Below are positions 1 to 13,500 of a stretch of 64,000 nucleotides of DNA, piece after piece. The stretch spans positions 531,986 through 595,985 of the forward strand of contig MU058045.1 of NCBI GenBank assembly GCA_013265495.1, written 5' to 3'. A model generated the notes under the pieces. That model had not been told where the DNA came from and searched no databases. It saw only the letters and a list, made by a program, of their open reading frames with translations. Every line of letters begins with the position of its first letter. The first letter of the stretch is position 1. The position numbers were made by a program, and so were the translations under genes. This DNA is from Vicugna vicugna. Lineage: Eukaryota.

Positions 1-94
1 TTTTTTTTTTTTTTTTAATGGAGGTACTGGGTATTGAACCCAGGACTTTGCGCATGCTATGCACATACTCTACCACTGAGCTATACTCTCCCCC
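1..94 (-). mobile_element. tRNA-Ala-derived SINE (vic-1-like), truncated by window edge
   Basis: Reverse complement reads ggggagagtatagctcagtggtagag...gtcctgggttcaatacccagtacctcc followed by a poly-A tail. Confidence 0.85.
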
Positions 95-965
95 TGAAGA
101 CTGCCAGTGTTCTTATCTTTCAAAGCAGTGAGTCATTTGAACTTAAAATTGAAAGGCAGTGAGAAATGAACCTCTTAATATTTTGCATAATCTTTCTTAT
201 AACCTTAGAAAAGAGTCTTTTAAGAAGAAATTTCTTACAGATGATGAACATTTATTTGAAACTCAACAATTTATTATATTTACATCAATGTCTTTTTATT
301 CTAGTAAATCCAAATAAAATTAAATTCAATACTTTAAAAATAGCACGATCCTATTTTGAAATAATTATTTTATTTTTCTGTATGTATATATCTAGAGAGA
401 GATGTCTGGAATAATAGTTTCTCTATGATGATGGCATTAATGTCTGGGTGGTAGAATTTTAGATGACATTTAAACTTTTATCTTTGTGCTTTTCTGCAAT
501 TGTTTCAGTTATTTATAACATATCATTTTAACAAAAGTTGTTAATAGTTGTTAAGCTTTTTAAAAAACAGATACAAAATCCCAAAATTTAATCCAGGATA
601 GTGGGAAGATGAGTGATTATGAATTTCTTCTTTGTGCTTTATTCTCAGTTTTTAAAGTTAAATAAATTACAAAAAGTAGTTACAAAAGTACTAAAGAAAA
701 AAAAAAAAAGGTGAATCTGACCTTAAAGTGGGAGTGACCTTTCTAAGCATGTAGAAATTGGAAACCTTAAATTTAATAAGTTTTAACAACATGAAAGTTA
801 TACAATTCTGAATATAAAGAAAAACAACAACAAAAACTCAGCATAAACAAATTGAAGGATAAATGAAAAATTGGGGGAAAAGTATATGCTACTGAGATGG
901 AAAACCCTAGGCAATTGTCTCTTAACTTCTGGTCCTTCTCCTTTTTGCTTTTCCTATATCCTTTT

Positions 966-1018
966 CATTCCATCTGTTCATCCATTCATCCATCCGTTCA
1001 TCCATTCATCCATCCATC
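966..1018. repeat. Imperfect (TCCA)n microsatellite at an L2-like 3' end
   Basis: ttccatctgttcatccattcatccatccgttcatccattcatccatcc. Confidence 0.75.
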
Positions 1019-1306
1019 ATTTATGGAGCATCTAGGTTCTGGAGTCAAGTCAGACAAAATACACAGTCCCTACCCTCAAGGCATGCTCTCTGCCTTTCCT
1101 TCCCACACCTCTGGGTATGGACTCTATTATGTCCCTGTCAAGAGTGGGAAGTACCTCATGACACTTATATTTGGAGAAGGATCAGGATACGCTAAGGGAA
1201 TGTGAAAACGAAACTCAGCCAGGCTTTCATGATTGGAGCCTCAGATTCCCTTGGGTATCACAGCAGGGCCTGGAGACTGGACTCTGATCTTCTGTCTTTC
1301 ACACAG

Positions 1307-1535
1307 ACGCAGAACCAGATTGTCTACTTCATCCGCCGGGCACCGGTTCCCATCACTCCAGAGAACTTTGAGGCAACTGTACAGTTTGGAACAGTGCGGG
1401 GCTCCTATATCCCAGCCCTGCTTCGGCTGCTCAATGGCGTCTTTGCCCCTCAGATCTTTACAAACACAACCTGGCCTGAGAGCATTCGAAATCATTTTGC
1501 TTCTCACCTGCACAGGTTCTTGGCCTGCCTGACAG
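1307..1535 (+). CDS. DNAH2: DNAH2 exon w1
   Basis: cag|[13 protein letters not shown]...LACLT|gtaag; 229 nt. Confidence 0.92.
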
Positions 1536-4500
1536 GTAAGCGGAAAGGCTAGAGTGTCCACTTTCTCCCTAGTCCCCACCAACAGTAGAGTGAGTGAGGC
1601 AGGTGGAAGAGTGATCCTGGATGCTTGAGTTGCTTGGCACAGAGTAGGTACTCTGTGTGTTTGTTGAATGACTGAAACGGGGTACAGAGTTTGCCTTCTA
1701 ATCCTGCTGTAGAACAGTTGGCCAGACCTGCTCAGAGTTGGAAATTTCAAAGACTGCATGTGAGGTGAGGGGAGATGGAGGTGGTGCAGGGCAGCAGGGG
1801 AGTACACGTGTCATAGAAGAGAGTACTGAGGGCATGGTATAGATCTGTGATTTTATTTTATGACTGTCTCTTATTATATCTCAGTGGAGTTTCCCTCTTG
1901 CTTTCTGTCATTTTCCCGCTTGATATCAAAAAAGCCTGAGTCATGGTTTCTCTTGCCTGCTCTCCTGAAATGCATATACTTCCTGGGCCCCAGATCATCC
2001 ACCACGATTGGAACTGGGGTGGCATAAACTCATCGCCCTCTGTGAACTCCCATGGGCCTTTCCTTTTCCTTAGATACTCGGTACAAACTGGAGGGGCACA
2101 CTGTCCTCTACATCCCTACGGAGGCCATGAACATGAAGCCTGAGATGGTGGTTAAAGACAAAGAGCTGGTGCAGCGGCTAGAGAGTGAGTGGCTGGCATT
2201 GCCCGTGTGTTGGGGATCCTAGGGGAGAGGAAAGGGGGCCACCCAGAGGCTGGGACAGCAGTGGGGTTAGGAGAGCTCTGGAGGGGGTAGAGGGAAGGAC
2301 ACAACTGGGGAGCACTGCAAAAAAATGCAGGAGGTTTTGTCCTCTCCCTGGCAGCTTCCATGGTCCACTGGACACGGCAGATAAAGGAGGTGCTCAGTGC
2401 CCAGGAGTCTGTGGAGACAGGAGAAAATTTAGGCCCTTTGGAGGAGATTGAGTTCTGGCGCAACCAATGCATGGACCTGTCTGGCATCAGTAAACAGCTG
2501 GTGAAGCAGGGAGTGAAACACATTGAGTCCATCCTGCACCTAGCCAAGTCCTCCTACCTGGCGCCCTTTATGAAGCTGGCCCAGCAGATCCAGGTTTGTG
2601 AGTGGGTCAAAGATTGGAGGCTGGGCAGAAAGTGGATAGTGGTTGAGACAATATAAGGTACTAAGAAGAGAGAGCCAACACAATCATCGAAGGCAAAGAT
2701 AGATCCATCCAGTGTTTGGGCTTGTGCTTGTGGGAGGGAGAGTATAAAAGTAGTAGAACCCAAGGTCCCAAGGAGCTTATAGTTTAGTTAGGGAGACACC
2801 TAGTTACTCAACAAGTGTACAGCATTGTGTTCCCTCTCTGGGCCCAAACCCTACAATCCAGCTGAGAAATAAGACTTACATGAAAGAGATGACTAGATGG
2901 CCTGGGATCAAGGGCAAACCCATGTAGGTCAGCCAGAAGAGTTGCAAGACAAACACTTAAAAAATTTTTTTGGTAGAGTAGGAACAGCTGATTATGTTAG
3001 TGCTGGAGACACACAGAAGATTGGCGTGACTTGTAGAACACAGAGAGAGAGGCCCTCTCTTCCTATGGGGTGTTTGAAGCTAGGAATTAACAGATGGAGC
3101 CACAGTGAGGCGGGGAAGAATAAAACCCAGGTAGAGAACGGGGAAGGGATGGGAGTCATGCCCATTGGTTAATCAACAACTATTGAGGGTCTCTTTTGTG
3201 CAAAGCTCTGAATTCAACTGGAGAAACTAGAGGAACAGACACAAAACCTGAGCTTGGTGAATTCCCAGCCTAGTGGGGGAGGTGGAACACACACATGAGA
3301 AAAGATATAAAACTACTTTCAAAGAAACTAGTAAGTGCATAAAAATAGGTGTGTATAGACTCTGATCCTGAAGGGCTGCGGAGACCTGAGGTGACTGGCA
3401 CCAGGTAGGGTAGGTTGGGAACGCTTCCCAGGAGAGGCCAGTCAGGAGGGGGCTCCAGGGGGATCGAAAGCACTCACTTTGAGCCCGTTCTTCCCCGTGG
3501 GTAAGTCTCCTCTCGGTTTCTCTTTACTACCAGGACGGCTTTCGTCAAGCCCAGTCAAACCTGACTTTTTTGTCGATCCTGAAGGAACCTTACCAGGAAC
3601 TGGCTTACATGCGGCCTAAGGACATCGCTGGTAAACTCCCCAGGTTGATCAGTCTCATCCGTATCATCTGGGTCAACTCTCCCCACTACAACACTCGGGA
3701 GAGACTGACCTCCCTCTTCCGAAAGGTGTGTGTCTGCAGAGGGTAGGACGGAGGGTTTTACGGGGATGGCCATGTTGATAGAACTCAGATTTCTGGAGAA
3801 GGTGAAGAAATTTCGATTCACTGAGCAGAAGGTCGGTGGTGGAGAGGTAGTGAGGAAGGCCTTTCAGGCCGACAGAGACCAAAGGCTTTTGCGCACACGG
3901 TCCACTTTAGTGATGCTCAGCACTGGGGCCTGGGCTGGAAGTTTTTGCTTTCAGGTGGAAGGAGTCTAGGCAGGAAGAGAGGCTTTGTGAAGAGGCCTGG
4001 TTGGAGCACAGGGAGGAGGGCAGGAAGGACAGGCTCCCAGGCTGAGCTGTAAAGGAGGGGGAAGACCCTCTCCTCCTCATTTCCAAAGATGGAGCTTGCA
4101 GTGGGTGAGGGGCAGACTTAGGAAGGAACACCGGCTTCTGAGGAGCAAGACCCGGCCCATTTCATCAGGGTGACCGACTCAAAGAGTAGGGGAAATGGCG
4201 CTGAGCTGAGCGCTGGCAGGGAAGCGCAGCTGCAGAGCAGGGGGTGGAGGTGGAGCCTGGAGGACCAGCGGCAAGCTGGGTATCAGGAACCCGATCAAGA
4301 GGTAGGAAGCTGAGACCTGAGGTGGGGTCCAGGGGGTGCCGGGGGGGGGTGGAATCAGGACTGTGAGTTGAGGCTGTTGGGACCCTTTCTGCAGATGAGC
4401 AATGAGATCATCCGCTTATGCTGCCGTGCCGTCTCCCTGGACCGGATCTTTGAGGGCTATGTCATTTCCAGCAAGGAGGACCTACAGGGCTGCATTTCCT

Positions 4501-7500
4501 GCTGTCACGCCTGGAAAGATCACTACCTACGAGCTGCCCAGATGCATACCCAGTATGACGTGCCTCCCCAGAACTGCATGTGTGACCCCTCGTCATTCCC
4601 GTAGAGGGTAGATTCTGACTCCTTCTGCTTGCAGTTTAAGGCTATGGGTTATATTCTTCTAGAGTTTTCACAAGAGTCCAAGTTTCCTCTCTGAATATAG
4701 ATATTCTAGCTCCTAGCCCTAGGTTCTCCTAACTCTTATAACCTCTTCTCCTTGATCCCAAGAATCCCCTCTGGTCTTTTCCTCCTTTCTTGCCCCTAAA
4801 GTCTAAAATTCCATTATGTGCGAACCTTCTCCCAGAACAGAGATGCTTTGTCTCCTCTTGGTTCACCTCATCTTGTGTCTCTTCTCTCAGGGCTCAGGAA
4901 AATTGTTTTTAGGGTCTCACTTTCTAAGTTTCCCCCTGAACCAGGACCCCCAGTGCCAGCCTGGTACAGGCAGGTTGATACCTCGTGTTCCTGCTTCTGA
5001 CCGGTCAGTGTTTCTCCTACACAGGTTCTCCAACCGGGGCTGGGTCCTGGACCAGACCAGCATATTTGCCCAGGTCGATGCCTTTGTACAACGCTGCAAG
5101 GACCTTATCGAGGTGGGGAGACTGTCAGGGAAGGAGACTCAAAGCCAGCAGCAGAGGCTCCAGAATCCCTGTCCAGGAGCTGGGGGAGCTGGGGCTCAGG
5201 CTACACGTAGGACTTGCTGCTTTGGCTCTTCTCGCCTGACCCTGTGCTGGACCACCATCCTGTGTTTTGAGGCTTTTGCCTGTTACCGCTGCCTTAGTAT
5301 CTCATGTTTCATGTTACAGCTAACATTCACCCCGGTTGCCCCTTGCGTCTGGTTGGTCCTCCTTAGTTCTTAGACATTTTAAGCTAAACCAAAGAGCACA
5401 GGACTGACAAGTTCAAAAAGGAGGGCAGGGAGCCTCACGCTGACTTCTTTGCAGGTGTGTGACTGTCAGTACCATTTTGCCCGCTGGGAGGATGGAAAGC
5501 AAGGTCCCCTTCCCTGCTTCTTTGGTGCCCAGGGGCCCCAGATAACACGGAACTTGCTGGAGATCGAGGACATCTTTCATAAAAACCTGCATGTGCTGCG
5601 AGCTGTTCGCGGGGGCATCCTGGACGTCAAGAACACCTCTTGGCATGAGGACTACAACAGGTGACAGCATTACAGCTGCCCCCACCCCAGGTAGAGCAGA
5701 GGTCGTGAAACAAGAGCAGGAGGAGTGGCCAGAGTGTACCCAGGGAGGCGGTGGAGGTGACAGGTCAGGATGGGGAGGGCAGGGTGGGGAGCGGCTAGAG
5801 GAAGGAGGTGGTTCCTCAGACTCAGGGTTCCAGAGTCAGCCTTTCTGGGCTTGGATGCTGGTTCTGCCACAGACTAGTTATGTGACTCTGGGCAAATTGT
5901 TCTACCAGTTGGAGTATAAAATAACAGTTAGGGAGAAAGCTTACCTCATTGCGTTGTTTTGAGGAATAAATGGGTGAATGCATGTAAAGCTCATAGTCAG
6001 TGGCTGGCACCTAGGAAGCCGTCAGGACATCCGGCGTGGTGGTCTTACTCAGGGGATGTACTTGGGGGCAGGTGAGGGCACCCAGCCCTCAACATGTCTC
6101 TAACGGTGCAGGTTCCGAGCTGGAGTCAAGGACCTGGAGGTGATGACTCAGAACTTGATCACTTCCGCCTTCGAGTTAGTCCGCGACGTGGAGCACGGGG
6201 TGCTCCTGCTGGACACCTTCCACAGGCTTGCAACCCGAGAGGTGCCGCCGGGGGCCTGCTTCCTCCACCCGCTAATTCTCTTGCCCCTCCTGGTCCTTCC
6301 AGACACCATCCAACCTCCGTTCACTCTCTCTCCCGTGTACTCAGTTGCCCATGTCTCTTTTCTTCCCGCGGTTCCCGTGCTGGGATGGCTAGGGCGCGGG
6401 ACTCCCACAGCCGGGGTGTAGCTTTTCCCCGGGAGGAGTCGCTGGAGGCAACCGCATCCCCGGGGCGTGTTGTCACCTTCCGCTTCTTTGTCAGGCCATC
6501 AAGCGAACATACGACAAAAAGGCGGTGGATCTCTACATGTTGTTCAATAGCGAACTGGCCCTCGTGAACCGCGAGCTGAGCAAGAAGTGGCCGTACCTGG
6601 AGCCCTACATGGCCCAGCATTCCGGGCAAGCGCACTGGGTGCGGATCCTGCGGCGGCGCATCGATCGAGTCATGAACGTAAGCCTGGCCTTGTCCGGAAC
6701 TTGTTGTCGGGGAGGCCGCAGAGTTCGCAGGCTGAGCCCAGAGCTGGGAGGGTGGGGGCCGGTGCTGGGAGTCTCCCTGGAGAGGTTTCCTGACCCGAGG
6801 CGGGGTCGGACCAGAGGGCCGGCAGACGTTGCCGTCTGCGCTGAGGAAGGGCTCCTGCTAGTTTTCGACCTTGTGCCTCTTAAATCCTTCACCTCCTATC
6901 ACTGCCTTCCTTTTCTTTTTTTCTTGAGCTGAATCGCTGTGCTCCTCTTTCTTCTTTTCGACTCCCTTTCTCATAGTGCCTTGGTCTCTTCCTCTCACCC
7001 TTCTTTTTGGCCCTACTTTTGAGGAGTGAGAATCAGTCTCCTTGGCGAGCCTTACACATACCATTGTGTGTATGTGGTCTCAGGGAGATGGTAACACAGA
7101 CGAATTTGGCAAGTAGACTCCGACCATCTCTGCTTTTCCCCCTCAGTGTCTTTCCAACGCTCATTTCCTGCCCCACATTGGGACTGGAGAGGAGACTGTC
7201 CACACCTATCAGCAGATGGTTCAGGCCATTGATGAACTGGTTCGAAAAACCTTCCAAGACTGGACATCAGCGCTGGACAAGGACTGCATTCGGCGGCTGG
7301 ATACACCATTGCTACGAATCAACCAGGAGAAGGCAGGCATGCTGGACGTCAACTTTGACAAGTACGAGACCCACCCTGACTCCCTCTCCCTTGGGTTGTC
7401 CTGTCTTGGGTGCTGTTCTGTTCCCCAACCCTCCCAAGAGGTTAACTTCCATCTCTTGGTTTCTGTCTGTTCTTCTAACTCTCTCTTATCCTGTAATATG

Positions 7501-10500
7501 TTTACTATCACTTCTTAATTTTAATTTCACAGTTGATCTTCCCCAAAAAGCCTGATTAGAAACAGAAAAACCCCAGTAACCTACTAGACCAGTGATGTAG
7601 GTGTCCTGCCACTAGATGGCCGTGATGGTTCAGCAAAATCATCCAAACCACGAGCCACCGAGGGGGCTCGCCTGAGATGGCTCGCCTGAGACTTGCTGGG
7701 GCTGTCAGACCATGCCCTCTCTTACAGCTTTATAATCATGACATTTTCATATTACAATTATTTTAAATTTAATTAATTCATTTATTAGTTATTCAAAAGT
7801 ATGCCCTGAGTGCCTTCTGTGTGCTAAGAAGTGAGGTGGACACAGGGGATGGACACAATGGGAGTCCCTGCCCTCTGTTACTCTACCCTGGAGCCCTGCC
7901 TCTTTTCTATATAAGTTGCAGAAGAAGGAGGGGAGGGTATAGCTAAAGTGGTAGTGCGCATGCTTAGCATGCACAAGGTCCTGGGTTCAATCCCCGGCAC
8001 CTCCTCTAAAAACAAACAAACAAACAAACATAATTACTCTCCCAAAAAAACTTAAAAAAAAAAGATACAGAAGAGGGAAATAAAGAGGGAACTGTGTAAG
8101 GCAACCATCTCCAGAGATTACAAACCTGATGACAGTTTTTCCCTAATCGGAAGGAAATAACCTCCTACTTGAGTGTTTTTGGCTCCCTCTTGTCATCCAG
8201 GCCCTATAATAAGAGTCACTTCCCATGCTTCTAGGTTTTTGCTACTAGAATTGGCTTTAATTCATGGACTGTCCTTATCTGTTGTGGCAAATGTGGAAGG
8301 GGCTTTGCCAGAGAAGACCTGTGTGGAGACGGAGTCTGAGTCAGACAGACTGAGTGTGCCTGTCCCGGGAGCTGAAGGCAGCCTCATCGGGGGGAGATGA
8401 TCATTATGTTTGAGGAAGAAGGCAAAAGAACCGAGATGGAGAAACAAGGCTGAGTGTCAGGTCAGAGGGGTGAAGGGAAGGGCAGCAGCGAGGAGGACAG
8501 AGATGCCAGGAGCCCCGGGGGAACAGGAAGCAGTTGATAAGCAGAACGTGAAGAAGAGGGTAAGAGGTTTGAGATAAGCCTTTGACCAGGGAGGCATGTC
8601 GAGATCTGTGTTGATAGGGTTTGTGGTTTGTTGAGGAATGGCCAAGCAGGATCATAGAAAAATAGTCTCATAAATCAACAATAAGATTTTGAAGAGATGG
8701 AAGACTAGGGCAGGATGACCCCAGCTATGATGTTTGCAAGAGTATAATGGGCTTGAATCTGTGAGGCACATGCTCCCTTCAAGCTGGGTTCTCCCAAAGA
8801 TACTATGTTTGGAGAGACACCTGGACATGCTTGAGATAATATGAGTATTATTAACTCGGAGCCCTTTTCCCCTGAATTAAAGGATCATATTCAAAGAACA
8901 GAATTTTATTAAACATCAATGACCGATACTTACATTTGAAGTAGGAGAGAAAACAAGAGCTGAGGTAAAGAGAGGCCATAGGTCAGCACTGGTTGGTGGC
9001 TACTTCCTTCTAATCCTCGGGACCAGCCAGTGAGAGTGAATAAAGCATGAGCTTCAGTGCCCCGCAGACTAGAGTTTGAAGCCTGAAGCTTTTTTGCCAT
9101 GTGACCCCAGGCAAATACTGCATTTCTCAGAGCCTGAGTTTCCTCATCTACTTAAAAAATCTTTTCCTGAGAGGTGGTAAGGAGTCGTGATGACACATAT
9201 CAAAGTCCTCGCAAAGAATGAACAATCAAGAAACATCATCTTCCCTCCAAAAAAATTGCCTTTGTGAACTTGGTGAACACAGTATTTCTAAAACAAATTT
9301 AGCAAGGTGATATAATAGTTTTAATTTTTAAAACATTTCCACCTTTTAGAAGGGGTAATATATGCACATTCTAAAATTCAAAAGTCATACCAAGGCTGAG
9401 GATGAAAAATCTCCCTCCACTGCTGTCCCCTAGTGACTCAATTTCTCTCTGCACAAAGGGTCAAGGTTACCATTGTGTAACAGCCCAGGGATAAGAGTGT
9501 ATGTCTATCTAAGTATCCTTTTTAATATAAATAGTAGCATACTGTACACGCTGTTCTATGCATTTCACCTGTTCTCAAAATGATTTAATTTTCCATCATA
9601 AAATTCTTGATCATTTTAGAAAATTGCAAAATGCAGAAAAATAGACAAAAGAAAAAAATTCGCCCAAAGATAACCATTCTCATTCTTAATGATTTGGTGT
9701 TTTTATTTTTATCACCCCCTCCCATTTCATATGGTTGGTTTTCTTTAATTTTTTAAGATCTTTTTTAATTTTTAAATTGAAATTACAAAAAGAGGTGCAT
9801 GCTCACTGCAAAAAAAAAATCATCTAGAAGTATATAAAGGAAAAAGTACAAATCCAGCACACAGCCTCACTTCTTAGAGGCAGCCATGATTACCACGTAA
9901 TCAAAACTACACACTGCACGCATAAAACAGGATCCCACTCTAAATAGTATTTTTGAAACTTGCTTTTCTTAAAGGTTAGCACTCTGTGTGGGAAGTCTTC
10001 CATTCTATAAGTACAGAACCACATAATTATTTTTCATGGCTTATAGCATCCCATAGTTTGGCTATACTGTAATTCGACCAACCAACCTACTGTTGATGGA
10101 CTTAGAAACTGTGCAGTTTCTGTAAGGTTCCTGAATATTCTGTGCTGGAGGCTTTCAGCTGGGCTTTCTGCATCTGGTTCCCTTCCCCTCAACAGCGGTG
10201 TGTCCATCTGACAGTTAAGACTAGGGCCCCAGGTAGCCAGGATAAACTTAAGAGGCAACTCTTGTGTCTGCTGTGATCATCTCTTGTTGAGGGACACGAC
10301 AGATATTTATCTCAAACTCTGTTTGCATAATCTTTATAGTAGAGCTTAACAAGGCAACTTCGGGCCAAGTATTTACAGCCTGGGTTTAACTGAAACCCAG
10401 ATAATGGCTAAAACACTTCTTCCAGAAAGAAGAGGTGCCCCTGTCCTTTGGCAGTTGTTGTCTAGAGAGATCTGTTATAAGCTGCTTTACATTTTTGTGG

Positions 10501-13500
10501 TTTTAAGATAAAACTGCCTCAATCCAGTAAATAATGTATGGGGGGGAAAAAAAACCCAGGATCACAGGAAAGGATTTTGAAAAGTCTGGGCTCATTAAAC
10601 CAGTAAAGACATCCAAGACAGTTTCAGCTTTTCCAAAACGTATGAAGTCTCCAGAGAGGGGCAGATAACTTTATCAGGTTTACTTTTTTCTGTTCGTGCT
10701 CTAGATAAGATCTTGAAATAAGCATGCTCTTCAAATGTCCTGATTGTCCCTAGAATTACCTGACTCTCCCCTAATTCTAGGAGCCTTCCAGTCCCTAATA
10801 ACACCTATTTTATCTCACAAGAGGTTCTGTTATCCCACCTTATATCCCAAATATTTGAACTCTGAGGTCCAAATTGGCTTTTACTACGTTTTACAGCCAG
10901 ATCACCTTTATAGACTGCACTTAACACAAACATATTCCAGATGTCATCTGTAACCCGGCTGAAAAGATTTGTGTTATCATTGTGTATGTAGCAGACTCCT
11001 CTGTGCAGTGGGACTTCTTCAGAAGGGGACGCTGGCGTCTGTCCGTGTTTTGCGTCTAGGGCTTCCTCTTCCTCCTTTTCTCCCGATCTGACAGCACCTT
11101 CTCCATCAGGTCAGTTCATTCTGGGCTGTCAGCACTAAAAGTCAGCCAGCTTCACTACCCTGCCTCTATTGTCCAACCGCTTGTCTGAGGATAAGTCAGA
11201 AAATATTTTACAAAAACAACCCCCCAGTCTGATTTTTAAAAGAAAATTCACTTTGTCAATAGAGTCAATTTGAATTCTAGAAATGTGTTGACAAACTTCT
11301 AGCCAAGATTGAGCATCATTGTGAGAAAAGTTCCTTGCATGGCTGTCAGCTCAACCTTAGGAAGGTATTTTCCAAATTCATCATGTTGACTGACAATTAA
11401 TATTCGATAATTTGCCTTAAAGTTATTTTGAAAAATCTTGGCATGATGAGAAAATGAAGAAACATTTTGGTGCCCACTGGATAGTGTACATACCCAAGTG
11501 GGCTTGCCAAGATGTTTATGGAGTCAAATTCAAGGACTCCAGTTTGAAGAACATATGAGAATATGTTTATGCCACTAGAAATGTGCCCATATATATTCAC
11601 CCCCTCCATCCTCCCAGTATGGCTATCACACAATTTTTGATTAAATTGATATTCAGTGTTTTTCTTAATATGACTTTGTTAGCATTGGTTGCTGCTGAGC
11701 CAAGTAATTTTCTGTTGTTCTAGTTCTTTCCTTTCTCATACAATGTTTGCTCTTTTTGGAATGAATAATTATCTCACTATTTTGTTAGCGCTCTGTTCCC
11801 TATCGTTAATTCTTCCAGACCAACCAATAAAGCCCATTTGAATAGTATTTTCCCTCGCAATCTGACTTGTCGGGCAGGTTACTGGTTTCATATTTTTCTT
11901 AGCGCTCTCCCTCCTGGAATTCCCTTGTAACTCTTGCTTCAGTCTGACTGGTTGGTTTTGAGGTGGCTCTGGGACTCCCCTGAGCCTCTTTTCTTGTTTG
12001 ATTTCCTATTTCCTTTGTCTTCCTCTTTCTTGGTTAATGCCCTTGTTTTGATGGAGTGCATTCTTTAGTAGTTTTCCAAGAAATGGTGCATGGGAGATAC
12101 AGTTTTTGAGTTCTTGCATGATTGAGAACTGTTTCTGCCTTACACGTGTTGGTCATTTGACCAGACTTGGAATTCTTGATTAAAAGTAATTTTCCCTTGT
12201 TTTGGCTGCTCCCTTTTACTTTGGAAGCTTTCCTTAAATGTCTCGTAATCCACGGTTCATTTTGTATTTGAGAGAGCCTTATTCACTTTGAAGAATTTTG
12301 ACACGGTTTCAAAAATAATTCGTACTTTAGTGGAGATCTTCAAGGTTTGAAAAAACAGATTTTCTTCTTCCACAATCTCTTAAAGCATATATCACAAATA
12401 AATGAGCACTTGAAAAGAATTTCCTTCATTGGACGATTCCTGTCCAATAAAGGTGAAAAACTTGAAATGTGGTATTATTTCCCATCTGTTAATTTAGTGC
12501 TTGCCCGCATGTAAGGGAGCTGCAGGGGAAGTGGATTTTTTTTGCTGAGTCTCCAGTGCCTCAACGAATGTGATTTTTAAAGGATCCTGGAGAGAGAAGT
12601 GTACTTCTGCTGAAGGGCAGAGCTGATAAGAAGAGGACTGTGGTTCAGAAGCCGGGGAGTGTGTCCGAGGAAGGCGGAGAGGAGTCCACCAGAATGTTAA
12701 GACTTGTAGAGGGATCCGGGAGGATGGGGCTGAGGAGGTCCTTGGGGTTTAGTTACAAGACATCCTACAGGAAGTCCTGGACAAGCTTGATGCAAGCAGA
12801 TTTAGAGGGGAAGATGGGAGCCAGCTCTCAGGGGATTGAAGCATGGGAGGAAAGGAAAGGAAGGGGATTCCGGAGGATGATTCTTTAAAGAAGATAAGCT
12901 AGAAAAGGTGTGTGATGCCTGTAGTGGGTTATTGGAGTCGGGGAAAGGCTGGGTTTTATTTTTGTTTTAAGATTGTAGAAACTTGGCCATATTTAAATAT
13001 TGATGGGAAGGAACAAATAGGTTGAGGGTGGAGGAGAGCTGCAGAAGGTGGCATCTGAAAAGCACGAGGGAACCGGATAGGAAAACAGAGCCCAGGAAGA
13101 GGGGCTGGCCTTGGGTGGTAGGAAGGCCTCTTCTGTTGTCAATGGGAGAAATCATAGTGTGGAGACAGGTATGTTCCTAAGTTTTGCAGCAGGGACAGCA
13201 TGGAATTCTCTTGCTTGATGGCTTTGGATTTCTGTGATGGAGAAGGTGAGGCTTTCTGCAGAGAGGAGGAGGGGCAGATCAGGTTTGAGATAGCAGAGGA
13301 TTTGCAAACAGTCACCGTGAGAACAGGAGGGACAGCAGATTGGGGAAACCCCAGGGATGCAGTCTGGAGAGGTCAGCTGGGACCGGAGACCTTGAACATG
13401 CAGCGTGCTAATCTGTGTGGTCATTTAACCTACAGTCCTGCTCAGCCACCTTCACATGGGCTCAGCTGGGCGGACAGTGGCTTTAGCCAGGGTGGGGGTT

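Larger units (their letters stand above)
6100..6850. promoter_or_regulatory. Intragenic CpG-rich island over exons w8-w9
   Basis: Visibly high CpG density extending into the introns (e.g. gggcgcgggactccc, ccgcatccccggggcg, ggcggggtcgg). Confidence 0.55.

Noticed and set aside
10260..11633. Gypsy fossil as a domesticated protein-coding gene
   Set aside because: Many frameshifts and stops, a destroyed YxDD motif, and a longest ORF under 80 aa.
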